A stretch of 64,000 nt of DNA from Nitrosopumilaceae archaeon (GCA_965208905.1 OZ242365.1:2016001-2080000), one strand, 5' to 3'; positions 40,110 to 50,035 are shown, counted from the stretch's first letter. The notes: generated by a model from the sequence alone, not told the origin. A program made the numbers and translations.

Positions 40110-41264
40110 TTACTCGTAATAGTCTGGACCTATGAGAAACGTTACCAAAACCGTCGCAGATAAATCCTCATCAGGCGTAAATATTGGAGTGGCAATTGAG
40201 GCAAATGCATCAAAGAGGTTGGCAGATATGCGTTCTAGTGGGGCTCCAGAACTGGGATCGACCGTAACATCTTCAACTCCAATTATAGTATGCTGCAATG
40301 GTTTCAACGCAAGATATGCTTGATGTTTGGCGTTTAATACCGCAGTCTCTATTAAACTTTCTTGAATCCTAATTTTGGTATCATCAGACACTGTAAATTG
40401 AACAGACTCTACATTGTTAACACCTGCCTGCACAGCCGTATCCAATATGGCAGCAGTCATATTAATTTGGTCGGTATTTACCATTATGATGTTACGTACA
40501 TTATATCCGGCAAAGGTTTGCCTGTGTTGGCCATCAACATCATAGTGGGTGTCATACTCTGGATGGATGGTGATACGTGATGTGGCAATGTCATCAATTG
40601 GTATACCCAAAGATACAACAGAGTTTACTGCCATGTCTAGCAATTCGGAATTCTCGGCTAAAGCTGCACTGGCAGTAGGCCTGACAGTCTCAACTCCCAT
40701 GGTTATTACGACCCTTTCAGGTTCTACACTGGCTGTTGCCGTGCCAGCCACTGTTATTGTACCGGGCGTAGCATGACCTCCCATGAACGGCATGTCGAAC
40801 ATCATCATATCATAACCGCTCATGAACGGCATGTCGAACATCATCATGTGATCTTTCATGAATGACATCATACCATAGCAGTCTTTGTGCTCGTAGTCTC
40901 CATGCTCGTAGTCTCCATGCTCGTAGTCTCCATGCTCGTAGTCTCCATGCTCGTAGTCTCCATGCTCGTAGTCTCCATCGTCGGTGCGGTTGTAGTTATC
41001 ATACGAATAGTCGGACATTCTGTTCTTGTCTTTATACCCGTACTCTCCAAAGTTATGGTGATATTCAAAACAGTCCTTGAACATCTTGTGCATATTATCA
41101 AATTCGTAATCTTCTGACTCTTCATAAGAGTCATGTTTTTTTGTTTCAGAGTAGTTGTAAGAGTCAACATATCCGGGAAATGCCATTGCAGAGCCAGTGG
41201 CTGCACCAAGTAATACGGCAAGTCCAGTTGTCAATAGAAACGTGGTCAAAAGCAAATTATTCAT
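40110..41264 (-). CDS. Secreted SIMPL (DUF541) domain protein with His/Met/acidic repeat N-terminus
   Basis: Signal peptide from ATG 41264; TITVAGTATASVEPE...GVNNVESVQF SIMPL core. Confidence 0.82.
   Translation of the reverse strand: MNNLLLTTFLLTTGLAVLLGAATGSAMAFPGYVDSYNYSETKKHDSYEESEDYEFDNMHKMFKDCFEYHHNFGEYGYKDKNRMSDYSYDNYNRTDDGDYEHGDYEHGDYEHGDYEHGDYEHGDYEHKDCYGMMSFMKDHMMMFDMPFMSGYDMMMFDMPFMGGHATPGTITVAGTATASVEPERVVITMGVETVRPTASAALAENSELLDMAVNSVVSLGIPIDDIATSRITIHPEYDTHYDVDGQHRQTFAGYNVRNIIMVNTDQINMTAAILDTAVQAGVNNVESVQFTVSDDTKIRIQESLIETAVLNAKHQAYLALKPLQHTIIGVEDVTVDPSSGAPLERISANLFDAFASIATPIFTPDEDLSATVLVTFLIGPDYYE
40888..40977. repeat. Perfect 15-bp tandem repeat x6 (TGCTCGTAGTCTCCA; encodes GDYEH x6)
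   Basis: Counted directly; also a duplicated 27-bp CATGAACGGCATGTCGAACATCATCAT at 40782 and 40821 (MMMFDMPFM x2). Confidence 0.95.
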
Positions 41265-41399
41265 TGTATAATTATGTTTCAGGCCGCAATTATATCTTGT
41301 GTGTGTGAACGTTACATGAAAAAATATCATGCCTGTAGATACTCATATGCACTTTTAATACACAGTCTGGCCAAATACTCTAGTTTAATCTGATGGGCG

Positions 41400-42263
41400 C
41401 TATGGATTTGTAGGGATTGTGATAAATGGAGTAGCGCCTTCACCCACCACTAGTGGCAGCTTACCATCCCATGCTTGTGTCTTTAGCCACTCCAAATAGT
41501 TTGGATTTTGCGCCAAAGCATCATTTATAATTCGGATTGCTTCTGCTTCACCGTTAGCTTTTGCAATATTTGCACTGGCCTCACCCTGAGCTTGTTGTTC
41601 TATCTGACGTGCCTCTACCTCTATACGAATTAAGTCATTTTCAGCCTTTAGCGCTTTTTGTTCAGCTTCTACTTTTGCTTCTATGGCAGCTGCAAAGAGG
41701 TTAGAGAATTGAAAGTCGGTTATGGATATGACCTCTGTAATTATGTTAAAGTCGTTAAGACGATTTGTAATTTCACGTTCGATGTCGGACTTTACATCTG
41801 GCCGTTTAGTGATGAGTTCTTCAGCATTATAGTTGGCAGTAACTTGTTTGACTACCTCCTCTACTGCAGGTTGTATTATACGATCCTCATAATCTAGTCC
41901 CACGGATTGATATAGTCTATGTACGCTGTTTGGTGCAGGGTGATAGTTAACAGTCACTGTAGTGGAGACAGTTTGGAGGTCTTTTGATGCAGATGTAGTG
42001 GACTTTACATATTTCAAAGTTCTAATCTCCATCTGTACGACACTATCCGCAAACGGCGTTACAAAATGCAACCCCTCATCTAATGGCGGTACTGTGGTAT
42101 CTACGGCGTTCCAGTGTAACAACACACCTCTATGTCCAGCATCAACTATTTGAACAGCAGAGTAAGCTACAACACCTATGACCAACAAAGCTATGATCCC
42201 AATGGCCACACCGCGTGCAGCTCCACGATTTACAGAGACACCAGGCGATTGATACCGTGACAT
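41400..42263 (-). CDS. Prohibitin-like SPFH protein
   Basis: VDAGHRGV, EGLHF, SKDLQTV, AEELITKR, FAAAIEAKVEAEQ. Confidence 0.92.
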   Translation of the reverse strand: MSRYQSPGVSVNRGAARGVAIGIIALLVIGVVAYSAVQIVDAGHRGVLLHWNAVDTTVPPLDEGLHFVTPFADSVVQMEIRTLKYVKSTTSASKDLQTVSTTVTVNYHPAPNSVHRLYQSVGLDYEDRIIQPAVEEVVKQVTANYNAEELITKRPDVKSDIEREITNRLNDFNIITEVISITDFQFSNLFAAAIEAKVEAEQKALKAENDLIRIEVEARQIEQQAQGEASANIAKANGEAEAIRIINDALAQNPNYLEWLKTQAWDGKLPLVVGEGATPFITIPTNP

Positions 42264-42713
42264 GCAATATATTATACATTACTATTATAAATATGCTTAA
42301 ATTTCAAATCTTCAAAAAGTGCATTATAGATATCAACAAATCGATAAAATTTCAACCAAAAAAGTACACGATTATACAGATCATATAATCTATTGCAAGT
42401 GTTTTTTGAGAATCTGATAATACGACACATATGAATTCACATGGAGCTAAACAGATTGCATCCATAAAATCGAGTGATTATCTCAACCCATCTAAACTGT
42501 ACAGCGCGGACAACTAGAACCGACATATACAAAAAGTTTTGACCAATCTAAAAGTCCATTGTGTGTGATACAATTTCGTACTACCCATACAAGATTGCTA
42601 GAACAGCTGGGCGGACAGACTATCTTACAGATAGTGATGTATAATCATCCAAATCTGTTTGGGAGGAGTCTGGCTTAACCATACCTTTTTAATTCCGCAT
42701 CATACACTAGCGA

Positions 42714-43703
42714 TTGTTGAATAGTCTGGATGATTTTGACAAGGACCTGTTAAACGAGATACAGCAACAATTTCCTTTGGATGTACGCCCGTATCACAAA
42801 CTAGCATCCGTATTAAACGCCAAGCCTGAACTTGTTATGAGTCGCATTAAGGCGCTTAAAGAGTCTGGAATAATACGACAGCTAAGCGCCATATTTGACA
42901 CACGAAAACTAGGATACAAGAGTTCATTGGTAGCCATGGAAGTGGACCCAGACAGACTTGTAGAGGTTGCCGACACCATAAACCGCCACCCCGGTGTCAG
43001 TCACAATTATGAACGAAACCACAAGCTCAACTTATGGTTTACTATAGCCGTCCCCCCAAAACAGAGCATACAGGATGAAGTGAATCGCTTCTCTAAACTA
43101 GAGGGTGTCAAAGCAACACGCATGCTACCCACACTGCGTATGTTCAAGATTGGCGTAAAATTAGATATGAATGAGAAAAAGAAACGAGAGGTAAGACCAT
43201 CTGAGATAAAAAAAGAGATACGACAGGAACCATTTAGAGGTACTGAAGAGGATAAAGTGTTCATCAGAGAGTTACAGAAGGACCTGCCAGTTATCGAACG
43301 ACCATTCTTGGAGATGGCAGAGAATCTTAAAATGTCTGAAGACGATGTATTCTCACAGCTAAAAAATTATGAAGAGATAGGCGTAATGCGGCGCTATGCT
43401 GCCATACTGCGCCATCGTGATGCGGGATTTTTAGCTAACGGCATGATTGTATGGGAGGTACCAGATGAACTTATAGAAGATATAGGAGCGCAATTAGGCT
43501 CATTTCCCCAGGTTAGTCATTGTTATCAGCGTCCCGCATATCCAGATTGGCCATATACAGTATTCTCTATGATACACTGTCGTACACGGGACGAGGCCTC
43601 AGATATAGCAAGAATAATACAGTCTCATATCGGCATAAAACAGTATCGCATACTGTTCAGCGAACGCGAATTTAAAAAGAGTCGCGTAGAATACTTTGTA
43701 TAA
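42714..43703 (+). CDS. Siroheme decarboxylase AhbA-AhbB fusion (NirDL-like, AsnC fold)
   Basis: Two repeats: PGVSHNYER.H.LNLWFT and PQVSHCYQRP...WPYTVFSMIH...EFKK; near heme genes. Confidence 0.85.
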   Translation: MLNSLDDFDKDLLNEIQQQFPLDVRPYHKLASVLNAKPELVMSRIKALKESGIIRQLSAIFDTRKLGYKSSLVAMEVDPDRLVEVADTINRHPGVSHNYERNHKLNLWFTIAVPPKQSIQDEVNRFSKLEGVKATRMLPTLRMFKIGVKLDMNEKKKREVRPSEIKKEIRQEPFRGTEEDKVFIRELQKDLPVIERPFLEMAENLKMSEDDVFSQLKNYEEIGVMRRYAAILRHRDAGFLANGMIVWEVPDELIEDIGAQLGSFPQVSHCYQRPAYPDWPYTVFSMIHCRTRDEASDIARIIQSHIGIKQYRILFSEREFKKSRVEYFV

Positions 43704-43706
43704 CGC

Positions 43707-44699
43707 TCAAGCTATGGATGACTTTAATTTGTATGATGGCCAACTTGAATATATCTGTGATATCTCCGCCATGTCACTCTGCGATAGATATTTACCGTCG
43801 GATATCTCCGAGAACGTCTCGATCTCCGTTGAATCCACGACTGTGGGTAATACGGCGCCCACTGCATTCTGAGACAGTATAAATTTGATGGCCAACTCGG
43901 TTATGTTCCATCCATTTTCATCGGCGATGGGGCGTAACTGTTCTACTTTTTTTAGGGCAGCCATACGCCATTCGATTTTACGATCACGTCGATGATCATT
44001 CTTGGGTATCTTTGTGTCGGCAGTTATTTTACCAGTTAGTATTCCCGACGCATCTGGAACTCGAACTAGAATGCTTGAGCCCCTCTTCTCAGCCTCAGAT
44101 AAAAGTTCATTTCCTGGAGTCTGCTCCAGTATATTGTATACGGTCTGTATGGCACCAACATTTTTGTTCACCATGGCAGCCATTCCTTCATCCAGCCATC
44201 CTATGGCTGGCCCCAATGCAACTTGTAGCGTCTGTATGGTACCATCATGTATGAGTTTACTCAAGTAGTTGAATGGTTCATCACCACATATGTGATTCAT
44301 CTTGGGATTGTGTAATCCATACATCTCTATTCTGTCTGTCCGTAGTCTCTCCAAAGAGGACCTGAGAGCCTTTTTGGTAAACTCCACATCAAACCGTTGT
44401 GGTAACTCTGCATGCCCAATCTGCTCAACGCTGGAAAAATAATATCCGTATTTGGTGGATATTACAACATCATCCCGTACGCCCTCCAGAGCCTCGCCTA
44501 ACAACCTCTCACTCTTTCCTTTCCCATACATGTCGGCCGTCTCAAAGAAGTTTATTCCACAGTCGTATGCTTTTTTAATCATTCTTTTTGCTTCTGACTC
44601 GTCTATCTTTTTACCCCACCAATCCAGAGCAATAGTCCAGGCACCAAACCCTATCTCTGATATCTGTATGTCAGTGTTACCCAATCGCCTATATTTCAT
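43707..44699 (-). CDS. Aldo/keto reductase
   Basis: RRLGNT..ISEIGFG, FFETADMYG.G.SE, SLERLRTD. Confidence 0.92.
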   Translation of the reverse strand: MKYRRLGNTDIQISEIGFGAWTIALDWWGKKIDESEAKRMIKKAYDCGINFFETADMYGKGKSERLLGEALEGVRDDVVISTKYGYYFSSVEQIGHAELPQRFDVEFTKKALRSSLERLRTDRIEMYGLHNPKMNHICGDEPFNYLSKLIHDGTIQTLQVALGPAIGWLDEGMAAMVNKNVGAIQTVYNILEQTPGNELLSEAEKRGSSILVRVPDASGILTGKITADTKIPKNDHRRDRKIEWRMAALKKVEQLRPIADENGWNITELAIKFILSQNAVGAVLPTVVDSTEIETFSEISDGKYLSQSDMAEISQIYSSWPSYKLKSSIA

Positions 44700-45229
44700 G
44701 ATACTATACTCTGAAACCTATCCAGTTGCAGTTTTATTTGTTTATCATTTAGTACGGGCTGGCCACCATCACATGTAGTATCCGAGTCCAGCCAGGATTT
44801 ACACCCAGAGTACTCGCTTAGTATTGGTATGGTTATTGGGTCAATCTTGAACACCTTCAAAAAGACTGCCCTCATTGGCCTTTGAGGTTGCCATGCGTGT
44901 CGGCTCATAATATACTCTCTACTCCAGATATGAAAATCCTCTAATTGTTCTATTGTATCATCCGAGTCGACATCACATTCGTATAGTACCTGGGCATATG
45001 AGGTTATTGTATTCATATCTGGTGGCGGCCTCTTACGTTGCATATGATACAAGAATGGTTTCCTTATGTTTTGTTCAGTCTGATGCTCCCATGTGGGGTA
45101 TAGTAAAAATTTATGGGATTCAAGCAGAAAACCAGAAGCCGTCTCCATTATGCCACCTTTGCGCAGTATGGCCAACTGCTCTCCGGCCTCCAAGGCACCT
45201 ACCACAGTGGACCACTCTTTGAGCATCAT
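44696..45229 (-). CDS. DUF1802-family protein
   Basis: LKEW...LRKGGI...FLLYPTWEHQ...GCKSW. Confidence 0.85.
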   Translation of the reverse strand: MMLKEWSTVVGALEAGEQLAILRKGGIMETASGFLLESHKFLLYPTWEHQTEQNIRKPFLYHMQRKRPPPDMNTITSYAQVLYECDVDSDDTIEQLEDFHIWSREYIMSRHAWQPQRPMRAVFLKVFKIDPITIPILSEYSGCKSWLDSDTTCDGGQPVLNDKQIKLQLDRFQSIVS

Positions 45230-45236
45230 TGTACCA

Positions 45237-45905
45237 TCATCCTAAACTTTCCACCAGGGGAACAATATCCTGTTTAACACATACCATCATGGGTGTGTCT
45301 GACTGTACATATTTAGAGATTGCAGTTGCGCGTAAATCCATGATCAGATCCTGAAAATCAGACAGATCATCTGTCTCGAATGCCAGCATAAAGTCTTGAT
45401 CATCAAGCCCAAATGAGTATGTGGTGTTCAAGATAATGTCTGGATGTCTTCTACTAACTGCTATGTGCTCGTTCATCATGTGTTGTCTTGACTCTGATGG
45501 CAGTAGATACCACTCTCTGGTCTTTGTAAACGGATATACTACAGCATACTTTTTTGGAGTGGCATCAGTCAGAAATGACACTGTAGTGTTTCCACTACTA
45601 TATATCGACTGTCTAGTACAAGAGAGATAGTTTCGGGATGGTTCTATGTACTTCCCAAATACAGTCGAAAATAGTCTTGTGGGGACTTTTTGCAGATCCG
45701 TAACAGATTTTGCACCCACCCACAGTAAAAGATCAGACTCGGCTCTAATTCCCAGTGTGGAGTATGCCCTATACCTGACACCAGAAAGTTTCAATGCTTG
45801 TTCCACTTCTTTGGCCGATTCAGATTTTCCCATGTCGGCTATCCATCTCCATTTGGGATCTACATGATAAAACATAAATCCAAAATAATACCTTTCATCG
45901 GTCAT
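45237..45905 (-). CDS. Chlorite dismutase / coproheme decarboxylase-like protein
   Basis: YPFTKTREWYLL...MMNEH...TYSFGLDDQDF. Confidence 0.88.
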   Translation of the reverse strand: MTDERYYFGFMFYHVDPKWRWIADMGKSESAKEVEQALKLSGVRYRAYSTLGIRAESDLLLWVGAKSVTDLQKVPTRLFSTVFGKYIEPSRNYLSCTRQSIYSSGNTTVSFLTDATPKKYAVVYPFTKTREWYLLPSESRQHMMNEHIAVSRRHPDIILNTTYSFGLDDQDFMLAFETDDLSDFQDLIMDLRATAISKYVQSDTPMMVCVKQDIVPLVESLG

Positions 45906-45942
45906 ACTTTTTAGCAGTCAATTTGGGTGATATATGTGATTA

Positions 45943-46064
45943 TGGCTTTGAGAAACAAGCCGGCCTTTTGTGGCTTGGTATGTTACATGGCCATCTGCCT
46001 GGACAAGATAGATGCCGAACTAGGTGGTACGATCCCACCCTAGATGTCACCATGACAAAGACCA
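45943..46064 (+). ncRNA. Candidate structured RNA (multi-branch)
   Basis: TGGCTTTG/CAAAGACCA closure; CAAGCCG/TGGCTTG; CATGG/CCATG; CATCTG.CT/AG.TAGATG; CTAGGTGG/CCACC.TAG. Confidence 0.45.
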
Positions 46065-46128
46065 GATTCGTAACTGCCAAATTCATATGAAAATCGTGAC
46101 TCTCATAGCATCATTTTGATTTCGCATA

Positions 46129-46428
46129 CTAATTGTCAGTGTGGCGCTCACGTAGAGCATCATACATCTCCAAAAATTGATCCGGATCCGTCTGCCTATA
46201 CATCTTTTCAAGCGTGCGTACCTTCTGCTCTGATATCTTTTCGCCGCGAATAATCTCATGAAACTCACGTATTATCTGTGCAGGCGTCTTGTTGATATCA
46301 TAGCTGCTCAGTATACGATTTACCGAACTTTTGCACATGGCATCATATATGACATAGCGATACAGCAGATATCCGCCCAGACCAGCAGCGGCTGCCAAAA
46401 TTATTGGTATGATGAATGCGGTCGCCAT
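46129..46428 (-). CDS. Hypothetical membrane-anchored protein
   Basis: N-terminal TM, 99 aa. Confidence 0.75.
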   Translation of the reverse strand: MATAFIIPIILAAAAGLGGYLLYRYVIYDAMCKSSVNRILSSYDINKTPAQIIREFHEIIRGEKISEQKVRTLEKMYRQTDPDQFLEMYDALRERHTDN

Positions 46429-46554
46429 TATACACTTGAAAACACTCTCGATATTTCATTGTTGTCTATAATTTGTCGGGAATTATATACCTGGGTAGAC
46501 AAGGCTAGTTCTGGAGGGTACATGTTTATAAAGTATTATGATGTATAAAACTAC

Positions 46555-47892
46555 ATGTATCGATCTTATGGCTTCCGCGTAAACCTGACGCGCTCTCAGG
46601 CGCGTCACATATCCAAAATACGGGACTCACAGCGGTTCGTGTACAACTGGGCCGTGGAGCGGCTGCTTACTAACCCCACACTCACTACATATGACCTCTC
46701 CAGAGAGTTCACCAAGGTGAGGCGTTCCGTATCGTGGCTGCAAACAGTGGAGCGCATATACCAAAATACGGCCATCCATCAGGCCCGCACTGCTGCGGAT
46801 GTCTCGAACAAATACGGCAACGGCGAGCTGAGTTTCCGCGCCAGAAAGCGCGATAATAAAAAGGCAGTATCATGTGATGTACAGCCGCGATTTGTGGACA
46901 ACAGGCACGCGTCATTGCCGGGCCTTGGTGTTGTTGAGTTGCCTGAGGAGCAGCCATATCAATTTCCACACAACTGGCTGTATGGCTCAAGGTCTTTCCA
47001 TTTGGTGCAGGTTACACCAAAGTCGTGGGGGCACGTCAAGTCATGTGACCATATCTATCGGCTGCACATAACATATGACGTACCAGTACCCGAACGGCGC
47101 GCCAAGACCGGTGTTGTTGCCGGCATAGACAGGGGGATAACAAATCCAACGGTTGTCTGTAAGACAGACCACAACACTTCGTGTATAATATCGTATGACA
47201 CGGCAACCGCATTCCGCACGAACCGTACATGGAATGATGGTGTGCGCCGTACCATATCACACCACAACAAGCATTCTCATACAACACACAAGATGAAACG
47301 CAAACGAGAAAAGTACAATCGTGGTAATGCGAATGACCGCGAGTATGCGGAGTGGCTTCTAGCCAAGAAGATATGCGAGGGCGTGGATGTAATATATGTC
47401 GAACAGCTCAACCTTGAGGCCATGAGCAGGCGCGGTGGTAGGCACAAGAAAGGTCTGAACAGGGGAATGAGGTTTATTCGGCATTATGCAATATTGCGAA
47501 AGATCCGCACCATCGCAGAGCGGCTGGGCATCCGTGTAGTAGAGGTAAGTCCAAAGCACACAAGCCAGGAGTGCAGTGTGTGCGGCTACACAAACAAGGA
47601 GAACCGAGACGGGGAGACATTCAAGTGTCTCAAATGTGACCACGTGGCAAACGCCGACGGCAATGCGTCGGTGAATATGATTCAACGGGGGACCGGTATG
47701 AAGGTTCCCGCGGGGGAAGGAATGGCCCTCGAAAGGCGTGAAATGGGCCGGACCCGGAAGCCACCTGTTTGTGCAGTTCCGGACGCCAGACGGCGGCGTG
47801 AGAATCAAGCGTGCAATCGACCCAAAACATCAAGCGTCATGAAGCACCTGGGAATGTACGCGTATGTTACGCGTGCATACCCAGGTATATAA
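46555..47892 (+). CDS. tnpB: TnpB RNA-guided RuvC nuclease
   Basis: IS605-OrfB-like N-terminus (SYGFRV..T..Q...RFVYNWA), GIDRG, VEQLN, TSQECSVCG...FKCLKC, NADGNASVN; TTTATAAA at 46527-46534. Confidence 0.92.
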   Translation: MYRSYGFRVNLTRSQARHISKIRDSQRFVYNWAVERLLTNPTLTTYDLSREFTKVRRSVSWLQTVERIYQNTAIHQARTAADVSNKYGNGELSFRARKRDNKKAVSCDVQPRFVDNRHASLPGLGVVELPEEQPYQFPHNWLYGSRSFHLVQVTPKSWGHVKSCDHIYRLHITYDVPVPERRAKTGVVAGIDRGITNPTVVCKTDHNTSCIISYDTATAFRTNRTWNDGVRRTISHHNKHSHTTHKMKRKREKYNRGNANDREYAEWLLAKKICEGVDVIYVEQLNLEAMSRRGGRHKKGLNRGMRFIRHYAILRKIRTIAERLGIRVVEVSPKHTSQECSVCGYTNKENRDGETFKCLKCDHVANADGNASVNMIQRGTGMKVPAGEGMALERREMGRTRKPPVCAVPDARRRRENQACNRPKTSSVMKHLGMYAYVTRAYPGI

Positions 47893-47897
47893 TTCCC
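47688..47897 (+). ncRNA. Putative omega/reRNA scaffold of TnpB cassette 2
   Basis: GGGACC/GGTTCC, GGCCC/GGGCC and CCGGAA/TTCCGG stems; long terminal hairpin 47846-47886 overlapping the TIR. Confidence 0.6.
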
Positions 47898-48116
47898 AAT
47901 TTGTCTGACTTGACTCTGTCCTACACGCACAAGTCATGGGAAAACGTATTGTACCACCCTAAAAATGAGTTTGTAATGTGTCTTGGTTAATACATTTGAT
48001 AATTTGGCGCTCAAAGCATATGAGCAGCAGAGCGTACAAGATTGTGGCCTGCAGGTATTGGGATTATAGCATTGCAGATACACATGGAAAAACCAAACCT
48101 CTGTATCAATATATAA

Positions 48117-48644
48117 ATGCAAAACAACAAGATTTCATTAATGATTGTAGATTTGCACATAAACTCAAAAAATGTACTGGTGATAGGTGGCGGAGAGCAG
48201 GCAACAAAGCGAATATCCTCCATAATGGATGAGGACTGTGCAATAACTGTAGTGTCGCCAAAATTCTCTACAAGTATAATGGATATGGCAGGGGATGGTA
48301 ACATAACAATACATCAGAGGGAGGCCGATATAGCAACACTACAGGAGATGAACCCGGATATTGTAATTGTCGCCACAGACAATCACACATTGAATAGTGA
48401 TATAATGCGGGTGGCAAAAGAGATGGGAATCATGCGGTATAGTGTCAGCGATCCTCAGTGCAGCGACTATGCGCATCTGGCCATTGTAAAGTTTAGAGAT
48501 TTGGTACAGATAGCTGTATCCACCAACGGCAAGAGCCCGACCATGGCCAAACGTATTAGAAACAACATAAAAGACAACATCTCCGATATAGTAACTTTGG
48601 ATATAATAGATGGCATACGCGCCGGGAGGCTTCATACACATTGA
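48117..48644 (+). CDS. sirC: Precorrin-2 dehydrogenase (siroheme synthesis)
   Basis: VLVIGGG, VATD, IAVSTNGKSP. Confidence 0.88.
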   Translation: MQNNKISLMIVDLHINSKNVLVIGGGEQATKRISSIMDEDCAITVVSPKFSTSIMDMAGDGNITIHQREADIATLQEMNPDIVIVATDNHTLNSDIMRVAKEMGIMRYSVSDPQCSDYAHLAIVKFRDLVQIAVSTNGKSPTMAKRIRNNIKDNISDIVTLDIIDGIRAGRLHTH

Positions 48645-49894
48645 CCCACATACTCAATGCCCGAGTAACATTCCGCACAATGCCCTTGCACATATTGGAG
48701 AGATATATCATCAAAGATCAAATGGCGGCATATACTACATTTCAGAAGTGTGGTGTAGATGAGTGTGTCATTGTACAGACATGCAACAGGGTGGAGCTCT
48801 TCTGTAAATCTTCAGAGTCAGACTACGCAAGGATAACAGAGGCGTGGGCAAAGGTTACGGATCTAAAAGAAGAAGATTTCAAAGATATCCAAACCGCCGA
48901 GGATGCAGCTGCCATGCATCATCTACTCAAACTAACTGTCGGACTAGACTCGATGGTAGTTGGTGAGGAGCAGATATTGGGTCAGATAAAAGAGTCCATA
49001 TCACATGCTCGGACTGCAAAAGCATCAGGAATTCATCTCAATACATTGTTTGACAAGGCTGCACGATTGGGTACACGAATTAGAAACTCTACGGGTATAG
49101 GAAAAGGTGGCGTGTCAGTGGGGTCTGTGGCAGTAAAACTAGCAGAAGAGAGCATTAATAATTTAAAAAATAAAAAGATACTCATAATAGGTACTGGCGA
49201 GGTGGCCACATTAGTGGCAAAGTCGTTGGTACGACGTGGGTATGACTTTTTTGCCGCTAGTCGCACATTACGAAGGGCCACAGCGTTCTGCAACAAGATG
49301 GGCGGAACTCCTGTTGAGTTTCATGGAGTGTTAAAGAACTTTAACATGTATGATGTGTTGTTTGTAGCAACCACAGCACCATTCTTTTTAGTTGCATATG
49401 ATGCTGTGACCAATCTGCCCCACAAGGATGGCGGCATGATGATACTTGATTTGTCAAACCCAAGAGCCGTAGATGAACGCATAGCACACATATCCGGAAT
49501 TAAAATGATGAATCTAGATCAAATCGGCGAGATGGTTGAACGTAACATAAGAGATCGAAATAACAAGATAAAAGACATAGAGAGAGTCATAAGCGAGGAG
49601 GTGCCATCCCTTGAAGCATCGATGCATCGCTTGGAGGCAGAACCACTAGTAAATGAGGCTTTTCGAAACATGGGGGATGTCTGTGATCGTGAACTGGCCC
49701 GGGCCCTACAGATGTTGGGAGAGGCCGATGAGCGTACCACCCGTATAATGTCAGATATGAGCAGGGCCATTCTAGAGGGCGTCGCATCAACCCCCATGAA
49801 CAACATACGCCGAGCATCCGAGCAGGGTGACAAGGAGATGTTAGAGGCAGCATCAAAGATATTCGACTATTCGGGCAGTCCCATATCTGACTGA
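48641..49894 (+). CDS. hemA: Glutamyl-tRNA reductase
   Basis: QTCNRVE, GLDSMVVGEEQILGQ, IGTGEVA, DLSNPR. Confidence 0.95.
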   Translation: MTHILNARVTFRTMPLHILERYIIKDQMAAYTTFQKCGVDECVIVQTCNRVELFCKSSESDYARITEAWAKVTDLKEEDFKDIQTAEDAAAMHHLLKLTVGLDSMVVGEEQILGQIKESISHARTAKASGIHLNTLFDKAARLGTRIRNSTGIGKGGVSVGSVAVKLAEESINNLKNKKILIIGTGEVATLVAKSLVRRGYDFFAASRTLRRATAFCNKMGGTPVEFHGVLKNFNMYDVLFVATTAPFFLVAYDAVTNLPHKDGGMMILDLSNPRAVDERIAHISGIKMMNLDQIGEMVERNIRDRNNKIKDIERVISEEVPSLEASMHRLEAEPLVNEAFRNMGDVCDRELARALQMLGEADERTTRIMSDMSRAILEGVASTPMNNIRRASEQGDKEMLEAASKIFDYSGSPISD

Positions 49895-50035
49895 TACGAT
49901 AATCTGATTACATACAATACTAGGTTTAACACCACCGATGTAGGCTATTATATAGATGGGATGTCTCACGCCAGAGTCTCTAGAATAACCCCTTGAAATG
50001 TCAGGGTTTTATAGACCCAACTTATACAACTACAC

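Larger units (their letters stand above)
46478..47897 (+). mobile_element. TnpB cassette 2: 20-bp perfect TIRs and 8-bp TSD, no transposase
   Basis: GGGAATTATATACCTGGGTA 46478-46497 / TACCCAGGTATATAATTCCC 47878-47897; AATTTGTC duplicated at 46470-46477 and 47898-47905. Confidence 0.93.

Noticed and set aside
40888-40977. Repeat array as possible CRISPR
   Set aside because: Contiguous 15-bp units with no spacers, in frame within a CDS.
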